A stretch of DNA of 64,000 bases from Somniosus microcephalus. Its lineage: Eukaryota. The notes beneath the pieces are model-generated. The model worked only from the letters and a program-made list of their open reading frames with translations. It had not been told where the DNA came from and ran no database searches. This document shows, piece by piece, positions 23,569 to 36,305 of the stretch. Location of the stretch: the NCBI GenBank assembly GCA_052327205.1, contig CM126203.1:341620001-341684000 (forward strand), written 5' to 3'. Position 1 is the first letter of the stretch, and the number at the start of each line of letters is the position of its first letter. The position numbers were made by a program, and so were the translations under genes.

Positions 23569-25235
23569 GTTGCCCATCCTTAATTGCCCTTGAGAAGGTG
23601 GTGGTGAGCCGCCTTCTTGAACCGCTGCAGTCCGTGTGGTGAAGGTACTCCCACAGTGCTGTTAGGTAGGGAGTTCCAGGATTTTGACCCAGTGACGATG
23701 AAGGATCGGCGATATATTTCCAAGTCAGGATGGTGTGTGACTTGGAGGGGAACTTGGAGGTGGTGGTGTTCCCATGCACCTGCTGCCCTTGTCCTTCTAG
23801 GTGATAGAGGTCGTGGGTTTGGGAGGTGCTGTCGAAGAAGCCTTGGCGAGTTGCTGCAGTGCATCTTGCAGATGGTACACACTGCCACCATGGTACGCTG
23901 GTGGTGGAGGTAGTGAATGTTTAAGGTGGTAGAGGGAGTGCCAATCAAACGGATTGCTTTGTCCTGGATGGCGTCGAGCTCTTGAGCGTTGTTGGAGCTG
24001 CACTCATCCAGGCAAGTGGAGATTATTCCATCACACTCCTGACTTGGGCCTTGTAGATGGTGGAAAGGCTTTGGGGAGTCAGGAGGTGAGACACTCGCTG
24101 CAGAATACCCAGCCTCTGACCTGCTCTTGTAGCTACAGTATTTTTGTGGCTGGTCCAGTAAAGTTTCTGGTCAATGGTGACTCCCAAGATGTTGATATTG
24201 GGGGATTCGACGATGGTAATGCTGTTGAATGTCAAGGAGGGGTGGTTAGATGCTCTCTTGTTGGAGATAGTCATTGCCTGGCACTTGTGTGGCACGAATG
24301 TTACCTGCCATTTATCAGCCCAAGCCTGAATGTCGTCCAGGTCTTGCTGCATGCGGGTATAGACTGCTTCATTATCTGAGGAGTTTTGAACGGAACTGAA
24401 CAGTGGGCAATCATCAGCGAACATCCCCACTTCTGACCTTATGACGGAGGTAAGGTCATTGATGAAGGAGCTGACGATGGTTGGGCCTAGGACACTGCCC
24501 TGAGGAGCTCCTGCAGTGATGTCCTGGGGCTGAGATGATTGGCCTCGAAGAACCACAACCATCTTCCTTTGTGCTCGGTATGACTCCAACCAGTGGAGAG
24601 TTTTCCCCCCGATTCCCATTGACTTCAATTTTACTAGGGCTCCTTGATGCCACACTCGGTCAAAGTTGCCTTGAAGTCAAGGGTAGTCACTCTCACCTCA
24701 CCTCTGGAGTTCAGCTCTTCTATCTATGTTTGGACCAAGGCTGTAGTGAGTTCTGGAGCCGAGTGGTCCTGGTGGAGCCCAAACTGAGCATCGGTGAGCA
24801 GGTTACTGGTGAGTAAGTGCCGCTTGATAGCACTGTCGATGATAACTTCCATCAATTTGCTGATGATTAAGAGCAGACTGATGGGGTGGTAACTGGCCGG
24901 ATTGGATTTGTCCTGCTTTTTGTAGACAGGACATACCTGGGCAGTTTTTCACATTATCGGGTAGCTGCCAGTGTTGTAGCTGTACTGGAACTGCTTGGGT
25001 AGTGGCACGGCTAGTTCTGGAGCACACGTCTTCAGCATGACAGCAAGGATGTTGTCAGGACCCATAGCTTTTGGTGTATCCAGTGTGCTCAGCCATTTCT
25101 TGATATCACGTGGAGTGAATCGAATTGGCTGAAGACTAACTTCTATGATGGTGGGGACCTCAGGAGGAGGCCGATATGGATCATCCACTCTGCACTTCTG
25201 GCTGAAGATGGTTGCAAACACTTCAGCCATGTCTT
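23569..25235 (-). mobile_element. CR1-clade LINE (second family), 5'-truncated ORF2 RT with frameshifts
   Basis: KAMGPDNI..LKTCAPEL, PQGSVLGP, MFADD, LGVTID, WNSLP. Confidence 0.9.
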
Positions 25236-25901
25236 TTTCAGGACCTGTTCTTACTTTTTAATTATTTACACATTTTTAAGTGATGCATTTAAGATGTACT
25301 GAAGATGTCTTACTTCATCACCTGGTCAATTCCCTTGCAACTTTTTTTGCCGATGAAAATAAACCAATAAGACAGCTCAATACCCTCTTTTTTGAACATC
25401 GACTGTATTTTTTTTTATCTTTCTCACTTTATTTTCTCCCCTCTTCGAAATGCTGGTATATGGTGCCGTGGTTGTTGGCTCCCCTATGATACCTCCCCTA
25501 AATGGCTATGCTTCATATATACCCCAAACAGCATGGTTCCTAACAGACTTGGGAAATGGAGAGGTCTATAAGTCGAAATATATAGATCTTTAAAAGTGGG
25601 AGTGCAGATCGAAAAGACAAATTAGATTCTGGATTTTTTAAGTGGTGCTGAATTATATGTGATGCTGAATTTGCGCAAGGCATTGGCCTGGATTTTGCTG
25701 TAATAATAACGGTGAGGCTATCAGCGCTCACCATTATTACAGGGTAAATCTGACTGCAACTTATCTTGTCCACACATGCGCAGTTAAATGCAGAAATCCA
25801 GAAGTTATTGTCAGGGATGCCCCGCTCCTCCAGAGGGTGCACTGTTGCACTCTTCACCGATAGACTCAACACTGAAATGAACGCAACGGCCTGAACTTAC
25901 T

Positions 25902-27591
25902 GGGCTGGACTTTGTCAGCCCCGAGGAGGCGGGTATGGAGGCGGGACTGCCGGTAAAGTTGCAGAATTTGGGGGCGGGTGGCAAACCCACGCCCAGCCCG
26001 CCTCTGTGTCCTTTTGCCAGGAGGCAGGAAGCCGTCCTGCCCCGGGTCCCATCTCCTCCAGGCGGGAAAGGGATTAAAGCCTATTAACTGCCTGTTAACA
26101 TGTAGTTAACAGGCAGAAAATACAATTATCCCCATTTTATGCTTCGAAACCCGCTAGGGTGTAGGAGGCGAGCAGTGGGTCTGTGGGGGTCGGAGGAGTC
26201 TGAAAGTGCAATGTAGAGGTGAGTGATGGGTGCAAGTGTGGAGTGGTAAGTATGTAAGGTGAGTGTAAAGTGTTAGAAAATTTTCACTTACCTTTGTTTC
26301 TGCCTACAGCCTTCAGCCGCTGTGGAGCCGGAGTTCCGATATCTCCATTGTAGATACAAAGCTGGGTGGGCGTGTGTGCTGTGAGGAGGATGCCGAGAAA
26401 CTCCAGTATGATTTGGACAGGTTGGGTGATTGGGCAGATGCAGTATAATGTGGATAAATGCGAGGTTATCCACTTTGGTGGCAAAAACAGGAAGGCAGAT
26501 TATTATCTGAATGGCAATAGATTGGGAGAAGGGGAAGTGCAACGAGACCTGGGTGTCCTTGTGCACCAGTCGCTGAAGGTAAGCATGCAGGTGCAGCAGG
26601 CGGTTAAGAAGGCAAATGGTATGTTGGCCTTCATAGCAAGAGGATTCGAGTACAGGAGCAAGGATGTCTTGCTGCAGTTGTACAGGGCCTTGGTGAGACC
26701 ACACCTTGAGTATTGTATACAGTTTTGGTCGCCTTATTTGAGGAAGAATGTTCTTGCCATGGAGTGAGTGCAGCGAAGATTCACCAGACTGATACCTGGG
26801 ATGGCAGGAATGACGTATGAGGAGAGATTGGGTCGATTGGGCTTATACTCGCTAGAGTTTAGAAGAATGAGAGGGGATCTCATTGAAACATAAAATTCTA
26901 ACAGGGCTAGACAGACTAGATGCAGGAAGGATGTTCCCGATGGCGAGGCAGTCCAGAACCAGGGGTCACAGTCCAAAGATAAGGGGTAAGCCATTTAGGA
27001 CAGAGATGAGGAGGAATTTCTTCACCCAGAGAGTAGTGAACCTGTGGAATTCTCTACCACAAAAGGCAGTTGAGGCCAATTCATTAAATATATTCAAGAA
27101 GGAGTTAGATATATTTCTTAAGGCTAAAGGGATCAAGGGATATGGGGAGAAAGCAGGGACAGGGTACTGAATTTGGATGATCAGCCATGATCTCATTAAA
27201 TGGTGGAGCAGGCTCGAGGGGCCGAATGGTCTACTCCTGCTCCTATCTTCTATGTGTCTATGTCTCTATATCACAGACTGGCTGTTGGATCCCCTGATCC
27301 AACAGCCAGGTGATTTCTGCAAAGTTGAAAGATTTGATGAGTCCTGAACACAAGGACTCATCAAACTATATAGAATGTCAGTGTTTGACAGCTTCACAGA
27401 TGGCACATCATACGTTGACGTGGTCTGTCACTGACTGCCCCCTAATTGGCCTGCTGAGCCCGCTGGGAGGGCTCAACAAGTTCAATCAGAGGAAAATCTC
27501 GCTGGTTGGCCAGAAGCTGATGGAGGCGGGATTGAAAGCCGGCAAGCAGCAGTCCCGCCTCCAAAAGCTTCCCATTGACAAAATCCAGCCC
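25902..27591. mobile_element. Harbinger-type MITE (inner), interrupted by a CR1
   Basis: TIR GGGCTGGA(C/T)TTTGTCA; TSD ACT. Confidence 0.8.
26352..27270 (+). mobile_element. CR1 LINE 3' fragment
   Basis: KCEVIHFG..RDLGVLV..LVRPHLEYC..WNSLP plus tail; very similar to 55064-55990. Confidence 0.92.
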
Positions 27592-28594
27592 ACTGTATTT
27601 GCCCATCAGTTCTGCACTGAAGATGGCTGGAAAAGTTAGGGCTGGTGCATTCAGGAGTCATGAGTTTTTAACGGCGTGATATGAGATAATTCCTACTGAA
27701 CAACCTCTCTGGCCCTGAAAAATTAATTTTATAAGTGTGGAGTCTCATTCCCTCAGAAGGAAATTCGCATTGGAGAGTTAAAAAACATTTGAATAATTTT
27801 TTTTTAGCTTTTTCTGTCTATCTCTTTTAGCTCTCTCCTTTAGTCCCATCTGCATTTCCCAATCATTATTTTGCTTTCTGTACATCATTTAAATCTAATT
27901 TATATTCCCTGATTTATACTTCCTGGTTTGGACTCTGCCTGACTCAGTGAGGATTCTTCAATCTGAGCCTCGCTGTTTCTTGTCCTGCTCACAGATGCCA
28001 CAACTCCCCTGTAGACGGCTTCACGTTAGAATAGCCGCCGGATTAGAGCAAGTCTCTAAAGCCAGTCAAAACTTTGTGGGCTGTTGTCAGCAAGGTGAAT
28101 GGCGATCGCTGTTACTTCGCCGCTGACTGCAAAATCCGGGCCAATAGCTACAGCCTTGTATACAGTTCTGGGCATTCCAATGCAGGAAGGATATTGGAGC
28201 CTTGGAAGGGTTTAGTCAAGGATAACAAGAATGGTACCAGAAAGGAGACATTGTAATTATAAAGGAAGCCTTGAAAAAAATGGGTCTTTTTTCATCAGGA
28301 CAGAAAAGGTTAAGGGGGAATCTAATAGAGGTTTTCAAAAGTCTGAAAGGTTTTGATAGGGCAAATAATGAAAGACTTTGTTCCACTCATTTGCAAATTT
28401 ATAACAAGAGGACATAGCCTCATAAATAAATAAATAAAAACCTTGCATTCATACAGCACTATACATGTCCTCAGGATATTGGTGAGCAAGTGCTGCTTGA
28501 TAGCACTGACAACGACACCTTCCATCACTTTGCTGATGATTGAGAGTAGACTGATGGGGTGGTAATTGGCCAGATTGAATTTGTTCTGCTATTT

Positions 28595-28853
28595 GAGATG
28601 AGAGGAGGAGGAATTTCTTCACTCAGAGGGTTGTGAATCTTTGGAATTCTCTGCCCCAGAAGGCTGTGAATGCTGAGTCTTTGAGTATATTCAAGGCTGA
28701 GATAGATAGATTTTGGGACTCTAGGGGAATCAAGGGATATGGAGATTGGGCGGGAAAGTGGAGTTGAGGTTGATGATCAGCCATGATCTTATTGAATGGC
28801 AGAGCAGGCTTGAGGGGCCATATGGCCTACTCCTGCTCTTATTTCTTATGTTC
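28595..28853 (+). mobile_element. CR1 3' tail fragment
   Basis: RNFFTQRVVNLWNSLP and HER1-like 3' UTR. Confidence 0.8.
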
Positions 28854-28859
28854 TTAAGA

Positions 28860-29467
28860 TCAGGTCAGAGGCTGGGTATTCTGCGGTGAGTGTCTCACCT
28901 CCTGACTCCCCAAAGCCTTTCCACTATCTGCAAGGCACAAGTCAGGAGTGTGATGGAATAATCTCCACTTGCCTGGATGAGTGCAGCTCCAACAACACTC
29001 AAGAAGCTCGACACCATCCAGGACAAAGCAGCCCGCTTGATTGGCCCCCCATCCACCACCTTAAACATTCACTCCCTCCACCACCGGTGTACCGTGACTC
29101 CAGTGTGTACCATCTACAAGATGCACTGCAGCAACCCGCCAAGGCTTCTTCGGCAGCACTTCCCAAACCCGCGACCTCTACCATCTAGAAGAACCAAGGG
29201 CAGCTGGTGCATGGGAACACCATCACCTGCAAGTTCTCCTCCAAGTCACACACCATCCTGATTTGAAAGTATATCATCAATCCTTCATCGTCGCTGGGTC
29301 AAAATCCTGGAAATCGCTCCCCAACTGCACTGTGGGAGTACCTTCACCACACAGACTGCAGCAGTTCAAGAAGGTGGCTCACCACCACCTTCTCAAGGGT
29401 AACTAGGGATGGGCAATAAATGCTGGCCTTGCCAGCGACGCCCACATTCCATGAATGAATAAAAAAA
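28860..29467 (+). mobile_element. CR1-clade LINE (second family) 3' fragment
   Basis: LDTIQDKAARLI..LHHR..; tail TGAATGAATAAAAAAA. Confidence 0.85.
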
Positions 29468-29914
29468 TGTCCTAAATGGCTGACCCCTTATCTTGAGACT
29501 ATGCCGCCTAGTTCTAGACTCTCCAGCTATGGAAAACAGCTTCTCAGCATCCACCTTGTCAAGCCCTCTAAGAATTTTATATGTTTCAATGAAAAACAGG
29601 AGAAACATATAATGAGAACATCTGCTGAGTGTTTCCAGCATTTTCTGTTTTTATTAGACCAGGAATGCTTTAGCATAAGTGGCAATTGCTGCAGAGAGTA
29701 TAGGGGAGATTTACCTGGGCCGCTGCCCGGGTGCGTTTGATCGCCTCGGCAGCGAATATTGAAAAATCAGGCGGGTGGAAGAAAGCCCCTGTAAAGGAAA
29801 CTGCCCCATTTTCCGATATTCACTGTGCCCACTCGATGCAGTGCACCTGGGAACAGATCCAGGAAAATCTTCCCTTATAACATGATTTGGAAGGGAATTT
29901 AAGAAAAGTGAGAG

Positions 29915-31164
29915 AGAGAAAAAACAGGAAATTATAGACCTGTTAGGCTAACATCTGTTGTGGGGAAGTTGTTGGAATCTATAGTTAAGGACAGAGTGAC
30001 TGAGCACTTAGAGAAATTTGAGCTGATTAGAGAGAGCCAACATGGATTTGTAAAGGGTAGGTTATGTCTAATGAACTTCATTGAATTTTTTGAAGAAGTA
30101 ACTAAAGTAATAGGGGAATGTCTATGGATGTAGTTTATATGGACTTTCAGAAGGCATTTGATAAGGTTCCACATAGACTTAGCTAAAATTAAAGCTCATG
30201 GAATTAGGAGATTGCTTAGGTGGTAGAAGATAAAGAATAGCGATAATGGGTATGTAGTTGAATTGGAAGGAAGTGGATAGTGGTGTCCAACAATGATCTG
30301 TGCTGGGCCCTCAACTATTCACTATATTTATTAATCACTTAGATACCGCAATAGGGAGCCATATATCCAAGTTTTCTGATGAAACAAAGATTGGTGGCGT
30401 GATAAGTAGTGTAGATAGGAGCATAAAATTATAAAGAGACGTTGATAGATTAAGTGAGTGGGTAAAACTGTAGCAGATGGATTTCAATGCAGGCAAGTGC
30501 GAGGTCAGCCATTTTGGACCAAAAAGGATAGATCCAAGTATTCATTAAATGGTGAAAAGTTAGGAACAGTGGAGGTCCAAAGAGATTTAGGGGTCCATGT
30601 ACACAGATCACTAAAATGTAGTGGTCAGGTGCAAAAATAATCAAAAAGGCTAATGGAATGTTAGCCTTTATAATGAGAGAGCTGGAATATAAAGGGGAGG
30701 AAGTTTTGCTACAGCTATACAAAGCCCTGCTTAGACCGCATCTAGAGTACTGAGTATAGTTCTGGGCACTGCACCTTAGAAAGGATGTACTGGAAGGTGT
30801 GCAGCGTAGGTTCACCAGAATGTTACCAGGGCCCCAAGGGTTAGATTATGAGGAGAGATTACATAAACTGGCCTTGTATTCCCTGGAATATAGAAGGTTA
30901 AGGGGTGATTTGATGGGTGTTCTTAGGATTTTGAAAGGAATTGATAGAGTAAATAGAGAGAAACTATTTCCACTGGTGGGGGAGTCCAGGACAAGGGGAC
31001 AGAACCTTAAAATCAGAGCCAGGCCATTCAGAAGAGATGTTAGGAAGCACTTCTGCACGCAAAGGGTGGTAGAAGTGTGGAACTCTCTCCTACAAAAAGC
31101 AGTAGATGCTAGCTCAATTAAAAATATTAAATCTGAGAACAGGGGAGTGGAACTAATTGGATAG
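29915..31164 (+). mobile_element. Degraded CR1 ORF2 fragment (tail continues at 34716-34775 after Gypsy C)
   Basis: NYRPV.LTSVVGK, QHGF, DFQKAFDKVPH, SVLGP, WNSL. Confidence 0.88.
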
Positions 31165-34100
31165 TGTTGTGTATTTTGAATGTGTATTTTGAATGTGTAT
31201 TAGAATTGTCCCACATGGGATACCGTAGTGGTGATTTGCAATGCACTATGGGAAATGTAGTGCATTGAGTGAAGAAGCACATTGTAAATAAAATGGCCGT
31301 TAACTAAACTCTCCACCCCGGAGTCCTTCTTAATTGTTATATAGGTAAGGGTATAAAACCCCTTGAGACACAACAAAACTGGCGACGAGGACGACGGACT
31401 TGCGCATCACTTTGCACTGGAATCGGCGATGTTTAAAGTAAGAAGTTCCTGTCTTTTCTTAATGGCGCGCCCGCAGTTTCGTGCTGATGCAATCGCCTCG
31501 TAAAGGTGGCGGTTCGTGTGTTACACAAATAAGAAGGGGGAGAGTAACAATACAGTGAAACGAAGTGGAGGAAAAGGACTGTAAAAAAAAAAGTGAATGC
31601 GGCGTCAGTCGAAGAGGCGGGGCTAGCGGCAGTGTTGACAAAGCATGCGGCTGTCTTTGACAGAGAATTGGGGAGTATGAAGGGGATTACGGTCAAACTC
31701 AAGGTGAAGCCTGAAAGCCAGCCATGATTCCTGAAGGCCAGGAACGTTCCCTACGCCCTCAGACCAAAGGTGGAGGTTGACCTGGAGCGTCTGGTCAAGA
31801 TAGGGGTCCTGGTGCCGGTTTCGCACAGTGAGTGGGCCACGCCCATGGTACCAGTGATGAAGAGTGATGGCACGGTTCGCTTATGTGGAGATTTTAAAGT
31901 AACAGTGAATCCTGTGCTCTCAGCTGAACAGTACCCCCTCCCCATCATTGAAGATCTTTTCGCGGGTCTAGCAGGCGGTCAGAAGTTTAGCAAGATTGAT
32001 CTATGCCAAGCCTACTTGCAGATGCATGTAGAAGAGGACTCACAGAAGTACCTCACCATCACCACCCACAAGGGCCTCTACAGGTACTGCCGCCTACCCT
32101 TTGGTATAACGTCAGCACCAGCATTGTTTCAGCGGGCTATGGACCAGATCTTAAGCGGCATTCCAGGGGTACAATGTTATCTCGATGATATCCTTGTCAC
32201 AGGAAAGGACAACAACGAGCATCTGCAGAACCTGACGAAGACACTGGGACGACTTGAAGAATATGGCTTACGCGTTCGCAAGGACAAATGCGAATTTTTC
32301 AAGCCATCAGTGGAGGCCATGTCATCGACGCGGACAGCCTACACACAGCACCGTCGAAAGTGAAAGCCATTGCCGATGCTCCTGCAACTACAAATGTCGG
32401 CCAGCTGCGGTCATTCTTAGGTCTCCTAAACTATTACGGAAAGTTTATTCCACAGCTGGCATCACTGTTGAAGCCATTACATGAGTTGCTGTGTCAGGGC
32501 AAGGCCTGGGCGTGGACGAAGGAGTGCGAAGCTGCATTCAAGAAAGCCAAAGCAGCTTTGACTGACCCCAGAGTGTTGACGCACTTTGACCCGTCGTTGC
32601 AGATTCAGCTGGCCTGTGACGCGTCGCCTTATGGCGTCGGCGCGGTCGTGTCCCACATCTTTCCCTCAGGCGAAGAGAAGCCGATTGCATTCGCGTCAAG
32701 GTCCCTGAGCAAGGCGGAGGTGAAATACCCGCAGATCGAAAAAGAGGCTTTGGGCATCATCTTTGGAATCAAAAAGTTCCATCACTACTTGTTCAGAAGG
32801 AAATTCACCTTGCTGACGGATCATCGTCCTCTGACATCGATCTTTGGTCCACACACAGGAATACCCTCCCTGGCAGCGTGCAGGATGCAGCGCTGGGCGC
32901 TGATGTTAAGCGCTCACAATTACAACATCAAATACCGGAGGTCAGCAGCACATGGCAATGCGGACGGATTGTCAAGACTTCTGCTGCCTGTGCCCTCTGA
33001 AGGCTGTGAGCAGAAGATTTTCTACTTTGACATGGTGAGCAATGCCCCTGTCACGGCCCGGCAGGTCAAGAAAGAGACCAGAGTGGACCCTACGCTATCC
33101 AAGGTGCTGGATCGGGTGATGTGAGGAGACGGATCACGGGTGTCAGATGCACCACCTGAGCTCCTACCTTACCTGTCAAGAGGGAAGGAGTTGTCTGTCT
33201 TGTCAGGATGCCTCCTTTGGGACATGCGAGTGATCATACCACCAAAGCTGCGGAAACATGTCCTCAACGAGCTGCACTCAGGACATTGTGGTATTGTCCG
33301 GATGAAGGAGCTGGCACGAAGCTACTTCTGGTGGCCCGGTCTGGATCATGAAATTGAAGTTGAAGCGAAATCATGCCCATCATGCAAGACAACCAGGGAT
33401 ACGCCAAGAGCAGCGCCACTGCATCCATGGGAATGGCCGGCGACACCGTGGCAACGGATCCATCTGGACTTCGCGGGACCAGTGGAAGGAGCGATGTTCC
33501 TGGTCGCGGTGGACTCCCATTCCAAATGGCCGGAGGTTGCAATAATGTCCACTACCACTACGGAGAAAACCATCGAGACTCTGAGAGAGATGTTCGGGCG
33601 ATTTGGTCTGCCGGAGCATATCGTAACCGACAATGGAACACAGTTCACATCCCAGGAGATGGAAGAGTTCCTCAAGAGCAATGGAATCCAGCACACGTTC
33701 TCCGCGCCTTGTCATCCATCCACGAATGGATTGGCGGAGAGATTTGTCAGAACGCTGAAACGCGCGTTGAAAGCGGCAAGAAGTGATGCTCCTCTAAAGC
33801 AGCGCCTGAATGCTTTCTTGCTGAAATACCGAAACACGCCTCATGCTACGACTGGAGCATCTCCTGCTTCCCTACTCATGGGAAGGCAGCTACGGGCACG
33901 CCTTGACCTGCTGAGGCCAACGTCCACAGAAGCAGTGGTGCACGCCAATCAGCAGGATCAAGTCAGCAGACGAGCTCAGAGGTCCAAAGAACGACACTTT
34001 GTGGTGGGCGGCAAAGTCCTCACGCGTAACTACACCACCCCGGAGCGGTGGGTCCCGGCTACGGTCATTCAAAAGACGGGCCCCGTTTCATACTGAGTCC

Positions 34101-34710
34101 GCACCGGAGACAACCGAACATGGAGATGGCATGTAGACCAGTTACTGCCAAGACAGTCGCCACAGGTAACCCAAGAAACAGAGGATCAAGGACCTGCTGG
34201 GGGCTCCCGCAGGGACTGGTCGTCCGACCCTGAGACGGTGGCACCATCCACTCTTGTGCCATCGAGGGAGGAAGCCACGCCTGCAGGGTCACGGGAGAGC
34301 CAGCCAGAGCCTGTTCCTGAGACTAGGCGTTACCCCCAAAGAGAAAGGCAGCCTCCAGAGCGCCTTAGTTACAGTTAGTGCTAACCTGTGTGCATGGGCA
34401 GAATAACCCCAGGGTTAGCGGAATGTAAAGGCAGTCTACCCTCTCTTCCAAAGTTATAGTCATTTTCAGTTATTCTGTTTTGTGGACATTCTATTTTAAG
34501 GGGGAGGAAATATGTTGTGTATTTTGAATGTGTATTAGAATTGTCCCACATGGGATACCGTAGTTGTAATTTGCAATGCACTATGGGAAATGTAGTGCAT
34601 TGAGTGAAGAAGCACATTGTAAATAAAATGGCCATTAACTAAACTCTCCACCCCAGAGTCCTTCTTAATTGTTATATAGGTAAGGGTATAAAACCCCTTG
34701 AGACACAACA
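31165..34710 (+). mobile_element. Ty3/Gypsy LTR retrotransposon C (Mag-like), gag-protease deleted
   Basis: LTRs 31165-31375 and 34513-34710 (4 substitutions plus a 13-bp duplication). TSD GATAG. PBS TGGCGACGAGGA at 31380. PPT AAGGGGGAGGAAA. Confidence 0.96.
31596..34378 (+). pseudogene. pol: Gypsy C pol (RT-RNase H-integrase) with several stops and a frameshift
   Basis: WATPMVPV, YLDD, LACDAS, IHLDFAGP, TDNG, NGLAERFV. TGA near 31725, 33122 and 34094; frameshift near 32315. Confidence 0.93.
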
Positions 34711-35449
34711 GATAGCTCTTTAGGCATGATGGGCTGAATGGTCTCCTCGGTGTTGTATCATTCTATGATTCTATGATTGTTAGCCCTAGATTTGTTATGT
34801 GCCGCTTTTTTCATTTTCATTTTAGTTTCTCTACTAATCCAAGGAACTCCAAGTTTTGTTACATCCCCTTTATTTCTTCTGGGAATATATCTGGCCTGTA
34901 CATTAATCATCTCTTTGAACATTTCCAATTATTTGTATTATGTTTTATTTGCCAATTTTTCTTTCTACTTTATCTGGGCTGGTTCCCTTTTTATCTCATT
35001 AAAGTTGTTTATTTTTTAATTATCTTTGACTGTTCCCTTTCCCTTGCAGTGTTTATATCCTGTTGCCTAGATGTTCCCTTCCCCTTACATTTCCTACTTA
35101 CCCCACTTCATTTCCTAAGACTTGATCCAGCGCTACCTCTTTCCTTGTTGGACTGAAAACATACTGGTCTCCTGCTCCTCCTGGCCACAAAAATCATTAA
35201 AAACTATGAGGAAGGCAACGGGAGACTACCTCAGCTATCCTTCCCTAGTAAGTGGCTCAAGAATCTCATGTGTGACATGAGATAGGATCTACCCTAGGGC
35301 AGAACACAACAGACAGACAGAGGGACTACATTTCTGCATTTCATTTCACCCCTCTTTTGCATCCAGTTGCTCCACAGTTTTGCTTATGTTTGCCCCCAAT
35401 CTGAGTTCTGGTCATTGTCACATGTATTTGGTACTGAATGCATGTTTGT

Positions 35450-35647
35450 CAATTCAACACTCTCAAGAGATCCCTTCACTACATCCTATTTCCTCTTCCT
35501 GTTCAATCTGCATCCTCTGGTGAACACCTCCTGGAACGTGTATTTAAAGAATCCTTCAGCCTCTTGGAAGGGATGGAGTGCAGTCAGTTGCTTCTCAAGC
35601 TCAGCAATCTTGAGCTTGAATGCAAGATGTCAGAGAAACCTCTCACT
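35450..35647 (-). pseudogene. Possible old CR1 ORF1 remnant
   Basis: Minus-strand peptide LKIAELEKQLTALHPFQEAEGFFKYTFQEVFT resembles the CR1 ORF1 coiled-coil region. Confidence 0.45.
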
Positions 35648-35824
35648 TGTAGTGTATGTGCCTTTAAGAGCCCCAGGTGTACTGTAATGCCGGTAATGGC
35701 CACTCGGGCTATATAAGCCTGTATATTGTGTTGTATCAGTTAGTTGCCCTCCAGACTTTGTTTAGCAAACACCTATGAAACCAACTCCTGTCTTCAGTGT
35801 CTCTATCAACACACAGACACAACA
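35648..35824 (+). mobile_element. Solo LTR (177 bp) related to the Gypsy A LTR
   Basis: TGTAGTGTATGTGCCTTTAAG..ACAACA; TSD TCACT (35643-35647 / 35825-35829); TATATAA box. Confidence 0.9.
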
Positions 35825-35842
35825 TCACTTGTGTGGCCAACG

Positions 35843-36305
35843 GAGATGAAGGGGTTGTCTTATGAAGAAAGGTTGAGCCTATACTCATTGGAGTTTAGAA
35901 GAATGAGAGGGGATCTTATTGAAGCATATAAGATTCTGAAGGAGCTTGACAGGGTAGATGCAGAGAGGATGTTTCCCCTTGTGGGGGAATCTAGAACTAG
36001 TGAGTATAATTTCAGAATAAGGGGAAACCCTTTTAAATCGGAAATGAGGAGGAACTTCTTCTCTCAGAGGGTCATGATTCTTTGGAACTCTCTTCCCCAG
36101 AGAGCTGTGGAGGCGGAGTCATTGAATATATTTAAGGGGGAGATAGACAGATTTTTGAATGATAAGGGAGTCAAGGGTTATGGGGAACGGGCAGGGAAGT
36201 GGAGTTGAAGCCAAGATCAGATCAGCCTTGATCTTATTGAATGGTGGAGCAGGCTCAAGGGGCCAAATGACCTACTCCTGCTCCTATGTTTTATGTTCTT
36301 ATGTT
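35843..36305 (+). mobile_element. CR1 3' fragment
   Basis: [29 protein letters not shown] plus tail. Confidence 0.9.

Larger units (their letters stand above)
25685..28142. mobile_element. Harbinger-type MITE (outer), interrupted by a nested element
   Basis: TIR GGCC(T/C)GGATTTTGC; flanks ATT / AAT. Confidence 0.7.
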
